64,000 bases of DNA from Penicillus capitatus (Eukaryota; Plantae; Chlorophyta), in contig OZ287700.1 in assembly GCA_965649825.1 (NCBI GenBank), forward strand, positions 124,001 to 188,000, in the 5' to 3' direction. Below the pieces are notes generated by a model. That model had not been told where the DNA came from and did no database searches. It was given only the letters and a program-made list of their open reading frames with translations. This document shows, piece by piece, positions 25,892-38,500 of the stretch. Within the stretch, counting starts at the first letter, position 1, and every line of letters starts with the position of its first letter. The translations under genes were made by a program, and so were the position numbers.

Positions 25892-26374
25892 GTTCGCCAC
25901 AATACGACTCAGCAAAAGTGTTTAGAGGATGTATCCTCGACTCAACCAGCAGACAGTGTCGAAAACACAACAAAAACGCCAAGCGACGTAGCAAATGCGT
26001 AGGACGTGTCGGTGTGTTCGGGTCGATTCATAGACTGGTCATATGTCGCGCCGCTAAGTGCCGCGCTGTCAAGGTCGACGTGGACGTGGACGTTGGCGAT
26101 TCTTTTTCAGGCCTTCACATCGTACGCCTGTCCAATAAACGTCATGCTTACAAATTCATGCCATCGCGCATACGCATCCCGGTACTAACCGTCCGATACG
26201 ACGCCTTCTTTGTCCTCATGATCTTTACGTTTCGAGAGGAACGGATCTCGGCAAAATTGCTCGCTTGAGTGCGTAGTGAAAACAACCAAAAGCCTTCGCA
26301 AAAAACAACAAAGCGTCTAAATGCTGCTGCTGCATTATTTGAATTCACTACATTACATCCAAACCAAAAAGAGG

Positions 26375-27517
26375 TTAGGAAGTGTGAATCGTTATTTCCT
26401 TCCTCAGAATCATAACACTAAATGGCAAATAATGCGAGGGACGCAATGCATGGGCCAAAAGAGATGCGATTGTTGGTGTTCCCTGCACAGGTAAGCGATC
26501 GATGGGCCGAGTGGCCAACATGGCTTGTCTCACTGCATCCATCAACGATAGATCCTGATGGTGCAAACATTTTCTCAGGCTCTCTTCACAAGCAGGAAGG
26601 TATCTAAAGATGTCTTTGCGGCGTCCACGCAAACGGGAGGCCACCACAGAAATACCAATCACGTCATCTAGTTCTGCATCGACTTTGCCATCGACATACG
26701 CATTGCAGAACGGGCATTCGTCACGCAGCTGCATTCCATGTTTCTCAAAGGCCGCTTTCAATCGATCCTTTCTCACTGCTGTGTTCCCACGTTCCTTCCA
26801 GAAATCCAGCAGCTTCGTCGCGATACTGCATTCCTCGCCGCCAAGACTGATACGACCCTGTGTCGATGCATCCTGCAGAATCTCCATTCCCTCAGTCTCG
26901 CTGACATGACGTTTCAATTCTGTCAACACCATCAAACGGGTATCTCTCTTCCGATACTCGGCCAAGACGTCTGCCAAGGGCGTATCTGACAGTTTCTTCC
27001 TATCTTCTTCCGTCAGCATGTGCATAATGCGCATGCCTTCAAGGTGGAACGCCAGATTTGCACGACGTTTTAGATCCAGAAAATCGGCAGGTGTACCATC
27101 CGGATAGTCCACACAGTAATAGAAGGCCTGGACTGGCGATGCCTTGCATGCACGGACAATCACGGCCGCCCGGTCTGTGACGCTTCGCAGCGATTTGACG
27201 TCACGCAGCTCATCGAGCGAACGCGTTCCGTCGTCAAGATAACTGCGTATCACAGACGGCGGCAATTCGATTTTCAGACGCTTCACCTTGCCGCGCAGCT
27301 GTTTTGCGAGACGACCCCGCGTGACGCCGCGTTCTGGACTCGACAGCGGTGAAGGGTCAACGTCATATTCCGACAGGTCATCTTGCGAGAACGCGTCGTT
27401 GTCAGAGGCACCGCTCTTGTCTTCTTGTGCTTGTGCTTGTGCGGAGTAGCGGCTCTGAGGTGATGGGGACGAAGACGACGACGGTGAGTGAGAAGACGGA
27501 CTTCCTTGAAGCGACAT
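26375..27517 (-). CDS. Family member B (lacks the N-terminal finger; Ser/acidic low-complexity N-terminus)
   Basis: YCVDYPDG..DFLDLKRR..F.LEGMRI..DTPLADVLAEYRKRD aligns with member A; RKDRLKAAFEKHGMQLRDECPFCNAYVDG. Single 380-aa ORF. Confidence 0.75.
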   Translation of the reverse strand: MSLQGSPSSHSPSSSSSPSPQSRYSAQAQAQEDKSGASDNDAFSQDDLSEYDVDPSPLSSPERGVTRGRLAKQLRGKVKRLKIELPPSVIRSYLDDGTRSLDELRDVKSLRSVTDRAAVIVRACKASPVQAFYYCVDYPDGTPADFLDLKRRANLAFHLEGMRIMHMLTEEDRKKLSDTPLADVLAEYRKRDTRLMVLTELKRHVSETEGMEILQDASTQGRISLGGEECSIATKLLDFWKERGNTAVRKDRLKAAFEKHGMQLRDECPFCNAYVDGKVDAELDDVIGISVVASRLRGRRKDIFRYLPACEESLRKCLHHQDLSLMDAVRQAMLATRPIDRLPVQGTPTIASLLAHALRPSHYLPFSVMILRKEITIHTS

Positions 27518-27856
27518 AGTGAAGAAACGGAAACGACGCCGACGATGAAACGAAAAGCGATTCGATGCGAATGGAATATTGCAAGTTTAAAGTCGGAAAG
27601 ACAGACGCCGGACGTCCCATGAAAACGTCACATCAACAACCGGCATCCGTGACCCAGCCATCTGTCACAGCACTCCATCTCATCTCTGACAGCAGACCAA
27701 CACCCAAGGCAGCTGCGTTCATTCAGGTGCTAGAGAGATTTGACGTCATCGTGTGTCGACGGAAACGACGGCACATGTGTCGGACACCACTTTCGATGAT
27801 CATCATGAACGCAGGCACATAGGGCGGGGTCAAGTCGGTCACCTGTCCTATCGTTT

Positions 27857-28393
27857 CTAGAGGATGGCATTGGCAGCACTGGCGATACGTGGCCACAGAT
27901 CTGCACATTCCTTGGCGACGGGTCCCGTGATGGCCGAGCCTGTCGGGCACAGCAGTCATAGATGAGGGATGCTCTTATGTACTGCTGAAAAGACCTTTCA
28001 TTTCGCCTTTGGCATTGACAATGACACCTGCATTGTCTTCAAAGTAGATAAACACACCGTCCTTTCTCCTCCAAGGCTTGCGCTGACGGATCACCACTGC
28101 TGGCGTCACTGGACATGACAGCCAAGGTGAAGTGACGGGTCGTGGTGAACACGGTGCTCCATGCCTTTCTTGCGCAGTTCGGGTTTTCCTTTCTTGACAC
28201 TGGCCATGACCATATCGCCCGGTGCTGCAGCAGGCATACGGTTGAGACGCGATCCCCAGCCATGCACAGCAATGATATAGAGATTCTTGGCCCCTGAGTT
28301 GTCGGCGCAGTTGAGCAGAGCGGCAACGGGAAGACCGAGCGACATCCGAAACTTGTTACCCGACGATCCACCGCGACCACGTTTGGACGCCAT
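27857..28393 (-). CDS. RPL23: Cytosolic 60S ribosomal protein uL14 (L23)
   Basis: [35 protein letters not shown]|[38 protein letters not shown]|[27 protein letters not shown]. Intron 1 (28164-28109) is GC-AG. Confidence 0.97.
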
Positions 28394-28694
28394 TGAGAGA
28401 ACAGCCGCCGAAAATGGAGTGCAGCTTGGCCAATGGCGTTAATGATGACGACGATGAAATATTAAACGTCCTATCCGTCAGTACACAAAACATGAGAATG
28501 GGATGGTTCCCTAAATCTTCCCACCCATCCGTGCCGTGCCCTCCAAGAGAACGGAAAAACAGGTGGCGATAACAATGAACAAAATAATACACTGTGATGA
28601 CGAGGACGAAAGAATAACGTTATGGGCGATGGGGTCATCCAGCCCTCGATACATCCCGTTGACCTTGATTCAATGCTTCGAAGCTGTGGCTGCC

Positions 28695-29885
28695 CTAGCA
28701 TCGGTGCTCTAACGCTGCCCTTACGCCTCTCTTTACGGAACGTGCATGTCCCGCCTTGTGCGCATTCAATTGGCAGAGCATCGCTTGTGTGGCACTGTCG
28801 CCCTGAACGCTGTCTATATCGATGCCATGCTGCATCTCCAATTGATGACGCAGATCTGCGAGGGCGACGATTTCGCGTACACTATAGGTGCTCTCGCCAT
28901 TCACAAAACGGACGTACATATCTGAATCTTCAGCGAGAGTGACGCCGCGTTTGGTAAGAGCATAGGTCAGTAGGGCTCTTCTTCGTCGCGTCCGACCCTC
29001 CCAGAAATATTTCAGTACCAATGCGACGCGATCTTCGGGACCACGTGCCCATGATTGTGATCTCCAACCGGGTTCCTGCATGATACGCTCGACGATGTCT
29101 TTCCCAAACCAATGTGCCAGATATCCACGCAGCATCGCATCCGAGTCTCTCTTCTCGAAAGAGTCATAGACATCCGCCAGCGGTGTGTACTTCAATATCG
29201 GTCGAGCTCTCTCAGGGATGCCGTGGAGAATCCGTTCGCCTTCAATCTCAAAAACGGCCGCCATACTACGCTTCATATGTTCGAAATCATCAGGCCGAGC
29301 ATTTGGGCTCTCCAGGAAAAACTCAAAAACACTCTCCGAGTACTCCCACGGGCACCGCTGTAATGTCTCTTTTACGCGGTTGAGCACGCGGTAACGTGCG
29401 AGGACGCGATCGATGGACAAGTCGTTATGAGAGATTTCTGTCCGATAGCGACCCAACAGAAGATCGCACGTTTTCGAATCCATCTCCTTCAGATCGATGC
29501 CTTCGTCCCTCTTCAACTCCTCCACAAGTGCCAAGCTCCTCAGGTGACGCACCTCTCCCCTGAGATAAAATCGCGTTACGGCGGATCCCCCATCCCCCAG
29601 ACGGACAAGCTTCAAATGTCGTAGACTCTTTAACTCCTTCTCCCCAACATGCCATTCGGCAATCGCTTCGTGTTCAGAGACGATATAAAAGCACCCAAAA
29701 ATGTGACTTTTGCTTTGGCTCTGCTCTCGGCAGCAATGCAGGCAGAGAAGCGTGACACCGATAGAATCTAATTTGCCGATGGCGGGCGAACCACATCGAC
29801 AGCAGTTTCTGATACTCATTTTCCCCTTCCTAGAACGAAACCAACCCGAAAGAACGTTCAATGCGTGCTTAGAACGAAGTGGCAT
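28695..29885 (-). CDS. Family member C (XPA-like finger)
   Basis: CCRC..CLHC; FYLRGEVRHLR; EGERI..TPLADVY..FEKRD; GPEDRVA; RRRALLTYALTKRGVTLAEDSDMYVRFVNGES. Start 29885 or 29819. Confidence 0.75.
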   Translation of the reverse strand: MPLRSKHALNVLSGWFRSRKGKMSIRNCCRCGSPAIGKLDSIGVTLLCLHCCREQSQSKSHIFGCFYIVSEHEAIAEWHVGEKELKSLRHLKLVRLGDGGSAVTRFYLRGEVRHLRSLALVEELKRDEGIDLKEMDSKTCDLLLGRYRTEISHNDLSIDRVLARYRVLNRVKETLQRCPWEYSESVFEFFLESPNARPDDFEHMKRSMAAVFEIEGERILHGIPERARPILKYTPLADVYDSFEKRDSDAMLRGYLAHWFGKDIVERIMQEPGWRSQSWARGPEDRVALVLKYFWEGRTRRRRALLTYALTKRGVTLAEDSDMYVRFVNGESTYSVREIVALADLRHQLEMQHGIDIDSVQGDSATQAMLCQLNAHKAGHARSVKRGVRAALEHRC

Positions 29886-30348
29886 TTCTTTGAGTCGGTC
29901 AACTTTTTTATCTGACCGGTTTCCGTTTTTATTTCGACTGGCTGTCGGATGCCTCGCTGACGAAGGATTATTTAGTGTGAGTGTTATTGTCGTCAATGTG
30001 AGAAGAGACGCGACTCGAGAGAGACAGAAGGAAACTACGCGCTGGCGTCTCAAGTATAAAAAACCGTTGCAAAAGCCACTGTCCACTCCGCGGTTCCCTA
30101 GCGTCCGTCATATCCCCTGTCGCTTGTCAAAGAAATCACTGCCATGGCGATCGCCGAGAACAGTAGAGCGTGGTCAGTGCTTCTTGGAATAAGGAGAACA
30201 TTGCCGTCTCGCGTACATAACGCCGTCGTCACTGCAGAATTCTAACAGAGTGAGAGAGACGTCAAGAAATGTGTGACGCATTAGCATGCGAAACGAATAA
30301 GTCTGATGACAGATCACTCATAAAATATTCCGTACCCTATCGTCTCTC

Positions 30349-32178
<1,830 letters not shown>

Positions 32179-32812
32179 GGCTCGAACACGTCTTGTCGAT
32201 CCGACCTGAACGACGCCAATGATCGCATTACGAGCACATTCGCTTTGAAATGGACAGAAACTGATTCATCGCGACGTCACATCAGGACTCGACTCAGTTG
32301 CCGGTGACGAGAGCTTGGTCGGAAAGCGCACGAATTCGTCGTCGGCCTAATCAGAAGACAGCGTTGTATCAAGATCCGTCGGTCGAGCCTCATAGAGACG
32401 ATGGTAGCGTCCGCTTTCGTGGCCCCTTCGACGGATGGCAACTCCTGCAATCTGCAAATCCCTTCATTCCTTGCACAGAAGCCATTCTGGCAAAGAAGGG
32501 TGATCAAGGGCATAGTGATCATGACGTTGTTGCATCCCCCTGCTTCGTGGCAGCGCTTAACCAGAGCAATCAATTCTGTCATCAGACTTTCATCGAAGTC
32601 CTAAAGGGTCACATCCACCGGTTAAACAGCGCGATCGCTTTGCCGAATGGAACACAGTTGGGCATCGATGATCAGGTGTTTGTTTTAAAAGAGATGTGTC
32701 TGACAAACCTCTCTTGTTCTTTGCCCTTGATAATCTTTACCAGACCACATAAACAGACAATCGAACGGGATAGTTGAGTTTAAATAACGATCTACGGCAG
32801 AATGCTATCTGA

Positions 32813-34483
32813 TCAAAGATAGACGCGACAGGTCGGTTCCTTGCAGGCCAGCATCGCACAGACATACCCCAGCTTCAGTGCTGCTGACATGCGGGCGAAT
32901 TCCTGACAGAGACTGTCGAGTGTTGTCTCATCGACGACCTTCATCCCTTCCAGAAAGGCAACGGTCTCCAGTTTCGGCAGCTGCAACAGACACTCGATAT
33001 TTGCAAAGTCCAGAATTGGATTCTCAGTGAACTCCAGCGTCTGCAGACTCTTCCATGTCGACAGGCCTTTAGGAATGACCCGCAGCTTGTTTCCGGACAG
33101 ATTCAGCATCGAGATGCATTCGGAGAATGATGGGACGTTATCGGGAAAGCTTGAAATCTCGCATGAAATCATCTCCAATCGTTCCAGATTTGGCAAACGA
33201 AGGACAGGCTCTGGAAGCGTCTCGAATCGGATCTGAACGATGCACAGGAAGGTCAGATTATGATAGAGATCAAAAGATTCAGCCATGACGCCCAGACTGG
33301 AGAAGCACAGACTGAGGGACTGAAGATCCGTGAAGGGTGGATCCCTCAGCACTTCTTCGCCCAGCCACTCGAAGTATCCTCTCGGACCGGAGTCCATTCC
33401 CTGAATTGACAGTTCTTTGATATTTTCTAACGCACTAAGCTTGCGCAAATCGTCTGGCAAAAAATCTGTATTGGTGGCTTCGTTCTCGCTCCCTCCTTCC
33501 AAAACAGAATCGTCTGCCACCAACTTGGTCAGCTGACTGAGATATCCCAGATGCTGACAGAACTCTCCTGTCACCGCACAGGACATTAGCTTGAGACATT
33601 TTAGATTTGTGAGGTAGCTGCCTACTGTCACATCCATATCGATCAGCGCCTCACACAGTGCGACTTTCTCCAAGCTTAACGGAAAACTGTGAGACGACAG
33701 TTGCGTCTCGGGAAAGACTTGATTGTGTGCATAGCCTAGTTCCAGTACTCTGAGTTTGTTGAGATGTGTCAGGATCGAGATGTCGCTGACGAAGGATGGG
33801 GCAGCGCGATACACTTGCAGCTGGACGAGATTCGTCAGATAACGAATACTGAGTAAGACAGATCTTGAGGCGCCTTCATCAAAACAGTCTCCCAGACACA
33901 GCGCTTTCAACTGCTGCGTCGAGAGCAATGACAGAAGTCCGATGTTCATGACAGACAGATTGCCCAGACCATCTACGGAATGGCCATCTAGAAACAGGGT
34001 CTCCAGACGCGAGGCGTGCTCTCGCCACCAGGTCAGAGGGACGACAGATGATGGATCTCGAACGACGACGGAGGCACGAGCGCAGACAGCAGGAAAGTCC
34101 TTCATGATGTTCCTCCATCGGCGACAGACTCGTGGCAGAACAAAGACCATTGGGTATCCCGGATTCTGGGTCGGCAGGACGCCACGTCTGTCTCCGAAGA
34201 AGTCGTCGTATGGGTCTTGTGAGATGCCAGCGATCGTCTTGTAGCGAAAATGTGACGGTCGTCCGACCGTTGCTCGAAAGATGCGATAAAGGACGTCATC
34301 GTTCAGGGCGTCGAAGAAGGACGTCTTCTTGTCGTCGACTCCAAAGTCGACTGTTTCTGACGTGTCTTCTGAAGGCGCCTCAAGAGTGACGGTCGCCTTC
34401 GGTGATGAAGGTTCCGGCAGCGACGTTGACGCGACGTCGACAGCCGCGCAAGGTGTGATTTCGGCTTCGGTGGAATCGGCCAT
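32813..34483 (-). CDS. F-box/leucine-rich-repeat protein (intronless)
   Basis: F-box-like FDALNDDVLYRIF...LPRVCRRWRNI followed by LRRs (LTNLVQLQV, LPNLERLEM, LNLSGNKLRVIP); 556-aa ORF. Confidence 0.75.
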   Translation of the reverse strand: MADSTEAEITPCAAVDVASTSLPEPSSPKATVTLEAPSEDTSETVDFGVDDKKTSFFDALNDDVLYRIFRATVGRPSHFRYKTIAGISQDPYDDFFGDRRGVLPTQNPGYPMVFVLPRVCRRWRNIMKDFPAVCARASVVVRDPSSVVPLTWWREHASRLETLFLDGHSVDGLGNLSVMNIGLLSLLSTQQLKALCLGDCFDEGASRSVLLSIRYLTNLVQLQVYRAAPSFVSDISILTHLNKLRVLELGYAHNQVFPETQLSSHSFPLSLEKVALCEALIDMDVTVGSYLTNLKCLKLMSCAVTGEFCQHLGYLSQLTKLVADDSVLEGGSENEATNTDFLPDDLRKLSALENIKELSIQGMDSGPRGYFEWLGEEVLRDPPFTDLQSLSLCFSSLGVMAESFDLYHNLTFLCIVQIRFETLPEPVLRLPNLERLEMISCEISSFPDNVPSFSECISMLNLSGNKLRVIPKGLSTWKSLQTLEFTENPILDFANIECLLQLPKLETVAFLEGMKVVDETTLDSLCQEFARMSAALKLGYVCAMLACKEPTCRVYL

Positions 34484-35563
34484 CTTCTAGTGCTCAACAC
34501 GCTTTCTCGGCGAAAAGACTTCGTCCCGAAGTCGGCAAATCGGCAAGGTCCAGTGGACCAACTGTCAAAATGATGTAGAGTTGCGACGTCAAATCAAAAT
34601 CGTCAACACGACATGACGGGATGCACTCGATCGGTGCCCTTTCGCGTCCTTTATGCGTTATCGTCATTTTAACGTTGTTTTTGATGACAGCTACCTTGTT
34701 TTCGCTAATAGGAGTTCTTTTCTTTTGATTTTCAGCTTAGGGTGTCGTAGCATTCCATAGAAGACGACTTTTACAGAATCGTTCATCCATACTTAGAAGC
34801 GAGTCTTCATCGCACGCTGGAGTCGGAGGGCTCAAGATAAATACGTTTCCTTGACAATGTCAACAAGAGTGAGAATCCGATTCAAGGAACTGGTCACAAC
34901 AGATAAGGTCATAGGAAAGTTTTGGCTCTGAATTGTGCCGTGCCAAGACAGATCAGAATGACAGATTTTGTCGTCAATGACAGAGGAGACATGAAACGGA
35001 GGAAATCCAAAAATCAATTCTGCCGCTCGAATAAGAGCTCCGCCTAAAGATCTAACGCGTCTGGAGAACTCCGAAACGTTTTTTGGACGGTCTTTGAACT
35101 ACTTTTCTCGTACCCGACGTCCTGCCGAACTCGCACATGATCTCCTTGTGTCTGTGTTAACTTGTTTAGTAAGTTCTTTTTTGCTTTCCGCTGAGAATGC
35201 AGCTACTTAAACAAAATGATGGGCCGTAAGATAACTTTCTCGTCGTAGACGGGATCGGCTGTGCCTATAAGCTTGCCGTCCGTATCCATTGGTCTGTTGG
35301 CTTAGTGATAGTCGGCGAGTTCACGACGCGCGATGGAAGACATACATTCGTCATGTCATCAAACTTAAAAACGGCCTACGATGTAAGCACCTGGTCTTAT
35401 GCATACACGAATGACGTGTAATGCCGCTTGGAAAAAACAAAAAACGTCCGTCACAGATAACGCAGATATGAGTCGGGATTTATGCTATCCCGACCAACTT
35501 GAAACCGAAAAAACGTGTGGCAAACTGATACTTCAACGTTCAAGTCTCGTGTAAGAGATCCTC

Positions 35564-38500
35564 TTAATCTTGGTTCTGAGTGCGATCTCGCCTGAGCTTG
35601 TCGACTAAAGATTTCACTTTGGAACGGATCCAACAGGTAAACACGCCAATGACTCCCACGTGAGGACTCAAGCACTCACGTCGTTCGAACAGCTCATGCT
35701 TCAAATACTCAGACGTGAACTTCAAAAGGTACCATGCCAGGACGAAAAAAGTAACGATGTTAAACACGACACATGCAACAGTCAGCAACTCGCGAAAATA
35801 GTTATGCGGAAAGCCTTCATCCTTCAACATACTTGCTGCTAGCGTTGTCATTTGCGACACGAAGAGTGCTGCCACTTCGAACTTGTTCAGCTCATTGAAT
35901 CTTTCGCGGTAGGGCATTGCCAGAATGTGAGCCACGATGGCGAATGCAATAACGCACGCAATACCAGAAATGGGCGTCGCACTGTCGAAACGGTTTGCGC
36001 AGAACGCCAGAAAGGTGACTGCCACTTTTCGCAGCACGACGACGACCTCCCAATAGCGACAACGACCAAGCCTGTATCCCCGAAAGAGAAATCCCATTGT
36101 CTCGAATACCCAGTTACGCGTATCAGCAGGAGGACTGACATCGGCGTCACCATCGGCGCCTTGATCATTGCGTTCGTCGGCTGGGTTTCTGAGTGCACCG
36201 ACGAAGAAAGCAAGCAACCCCAGGTAGACCGGACACACGTAGGAGAGAACAAGAAAGGACTTCAGTCTGCTGTGAACTCCCTCGCCGCACTTGATACTCG
36301 TGTCGACTGCCCAGTAACTCGTCGTGCCATCCGAATCGAGCTCGAGAACGTCGTGCACGTCGACACAGAGGCCGACGCTCAGTGCCGCCTTCAAGACTGG
36401 TACGAATGTGATGTACCAGAGAACCATCACGGAAAGAAGGCATCTCTTTGCCAGATATTGAAAGCGTGCACCAGATTCACGGCGCAACGCATTTACCGTC
36501 CAGAATGCGACCCAGAAAAGGAGCGCAAGGCCAGGAATGACGCAAACGTTGACAATCAGTGCCAGTGCCGTCGAAGGCAAGGACGCGCTGCCCGAACTCA
36601 AGCAGACAATGGATCGGCGATTTCCTTCGGAAGCAAGGCCCCCGATGTACTCTACAAGGAATCAGCAATCGCTCAGTGTGACGCGCAGTTGTCTTAGGCA
36701 GACCTGCTGCCTCCGCCATGAACAGCAGAGGAAGTGCCCAGTCGACATCCAGAGAGACGATCAGAACGGTCATCTGAATGAAGTTTATCGCTATCTGCAA
36801 AGAGGATCGTTCTACAAAGCCGAAGGGAACAGAATCGGACCTTGAACATCTCGACGGCTTTCCACTTCGCAAGGACTTTTGCTGACAGTGCCACTTCTGC
36901 GTGGGTCGAACTCTGCAAAGAGCAACTGAAAATTAAGAGGAAAAAGATGGGTTTGTGCGAGATCACCTCTCCCGTTTCGACAGCTGAAGTATCGATATTC
37001 TTCCTTGCCAGCGAAAGTGTTCCTAGACGAGGTAAGCCGCCACCACTTAGAAGCGCCTCGGTAAGCGTTCCGCGAATCGTAATACCCATCAACATCCCCA
37101 GAAGGCATGCTGACGCCAGAATGAAGGCCACGTTGAGGAAGCTTGGTAAGCATCTCTTGCATCTCGACGATAAACCAGAACTGTAGTCGTCGGCGCAAGC
37201 TCCACACAGAGTACCCTTGTGGCCCTTGCAAAACAGACAATTGAGTGTTCACAGACAGTGTGGCACAGTACCTTTGTACACTGGGTCCGAGTGTAGTCTT
37301 CGATGAATGCTTGATCAAGAACGCAGCTCTTTACATCCTTGGTTAATTTCTTCAGGTTCTCAGATCGCTCTTCGAACTCGCAGGCGTACGTCGTCAGACA
37401 TCTCTGAATCTTCGATGAGCAAGGCGTTCTGTGCCAATAACCATCTTCTGGCAGTATGACAAGAGATTCGCAGTCAGCATTCTCGGGGCAAGGCTTGCAC
37501 GTGTCATCGTTCAGAAGAAGGTTGTAGCTCGTGGTGCTGCAATTAGCACAGAGACCGCCAGAGGACACTACTTGCCCAATGGAACAGTTCTCGACACTCA
37601 CGATGATTTCGATGTCCTCCACAACTGCCCCAATGAACGCAATGGACAACGAGTGATTCCCCGGAGGAACAAAGCCCCGAATACCCGAGAAGCTTGCTTT
37701 TCCTTTCTGGATTGGCTTGATGATTGACCCGATAAGAAAAGTCTCAGGAAACGACATCTTGGCTTCGACTCTCTGAACACCTTCAGGTGGTCCTTGGTCT
37801 AAATCATCGAACAACTGTACTTCCACTGGCGGAAGTTCTTCGCCACTGACATATCCTTTGATCATGACAGACGTCTTTCCAGGAATAGCGACAACTTTAT
37901 CTTTTATTTCTTCGACGATTGCCTTTGCTGCGCAAGTGCCCACGCTTGGACCATAGACCTGTGCAACGTTGTCCTTCCATGCCGGGCAGATGTCGTCGAG
38001 CATTTCCAGTTGGCTCAAGTTCCTCCATCCTGTATTTTGGCGAAGGGAGAATCCGACATCTTCTTCAGAAGTAGCAAAGCAACTGAACAACATAGAGCTC
38101 AAAGAGCCGGCGAAGATGGCCCCTCCGGCAACCGCAGCTTGGTTATATTGAAATGTCGTGTTGACAATGGCGCTGACGGAACAGTTGCCGCTATGCGATA
38201 AACACTTCATTCTCTCTTGGTCGCAAGTGAAATAGAGACCACCTGGTAAAACAAACGATAGTTGTTTGGAATGGAAAGGACACAAATGGTCACCTCCTAG
38301 GTTTGCTGTGTTGTTCAGTACGCTGCAACTGAGTAACTGGACCGTTTGCGATTGATTACGGACGGCTTCGAACGAGACAGCGCCGCCGTTCCCTGTTTTC
38401 GCCACGTTAGCACGTAAGGTGCAGTTGATGCATAGTAAGCTCGACGAATGGTCGCCCTTGATTCCGCCACCGTCGTCGTCTGCCTCGCATCGAACAATGG

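Noticed and set aside
32298-32777. 159-aa ORF between MSI1 and the F-box gene
   Set aside because: No motifs or splice support; likely UTR or intergenic.
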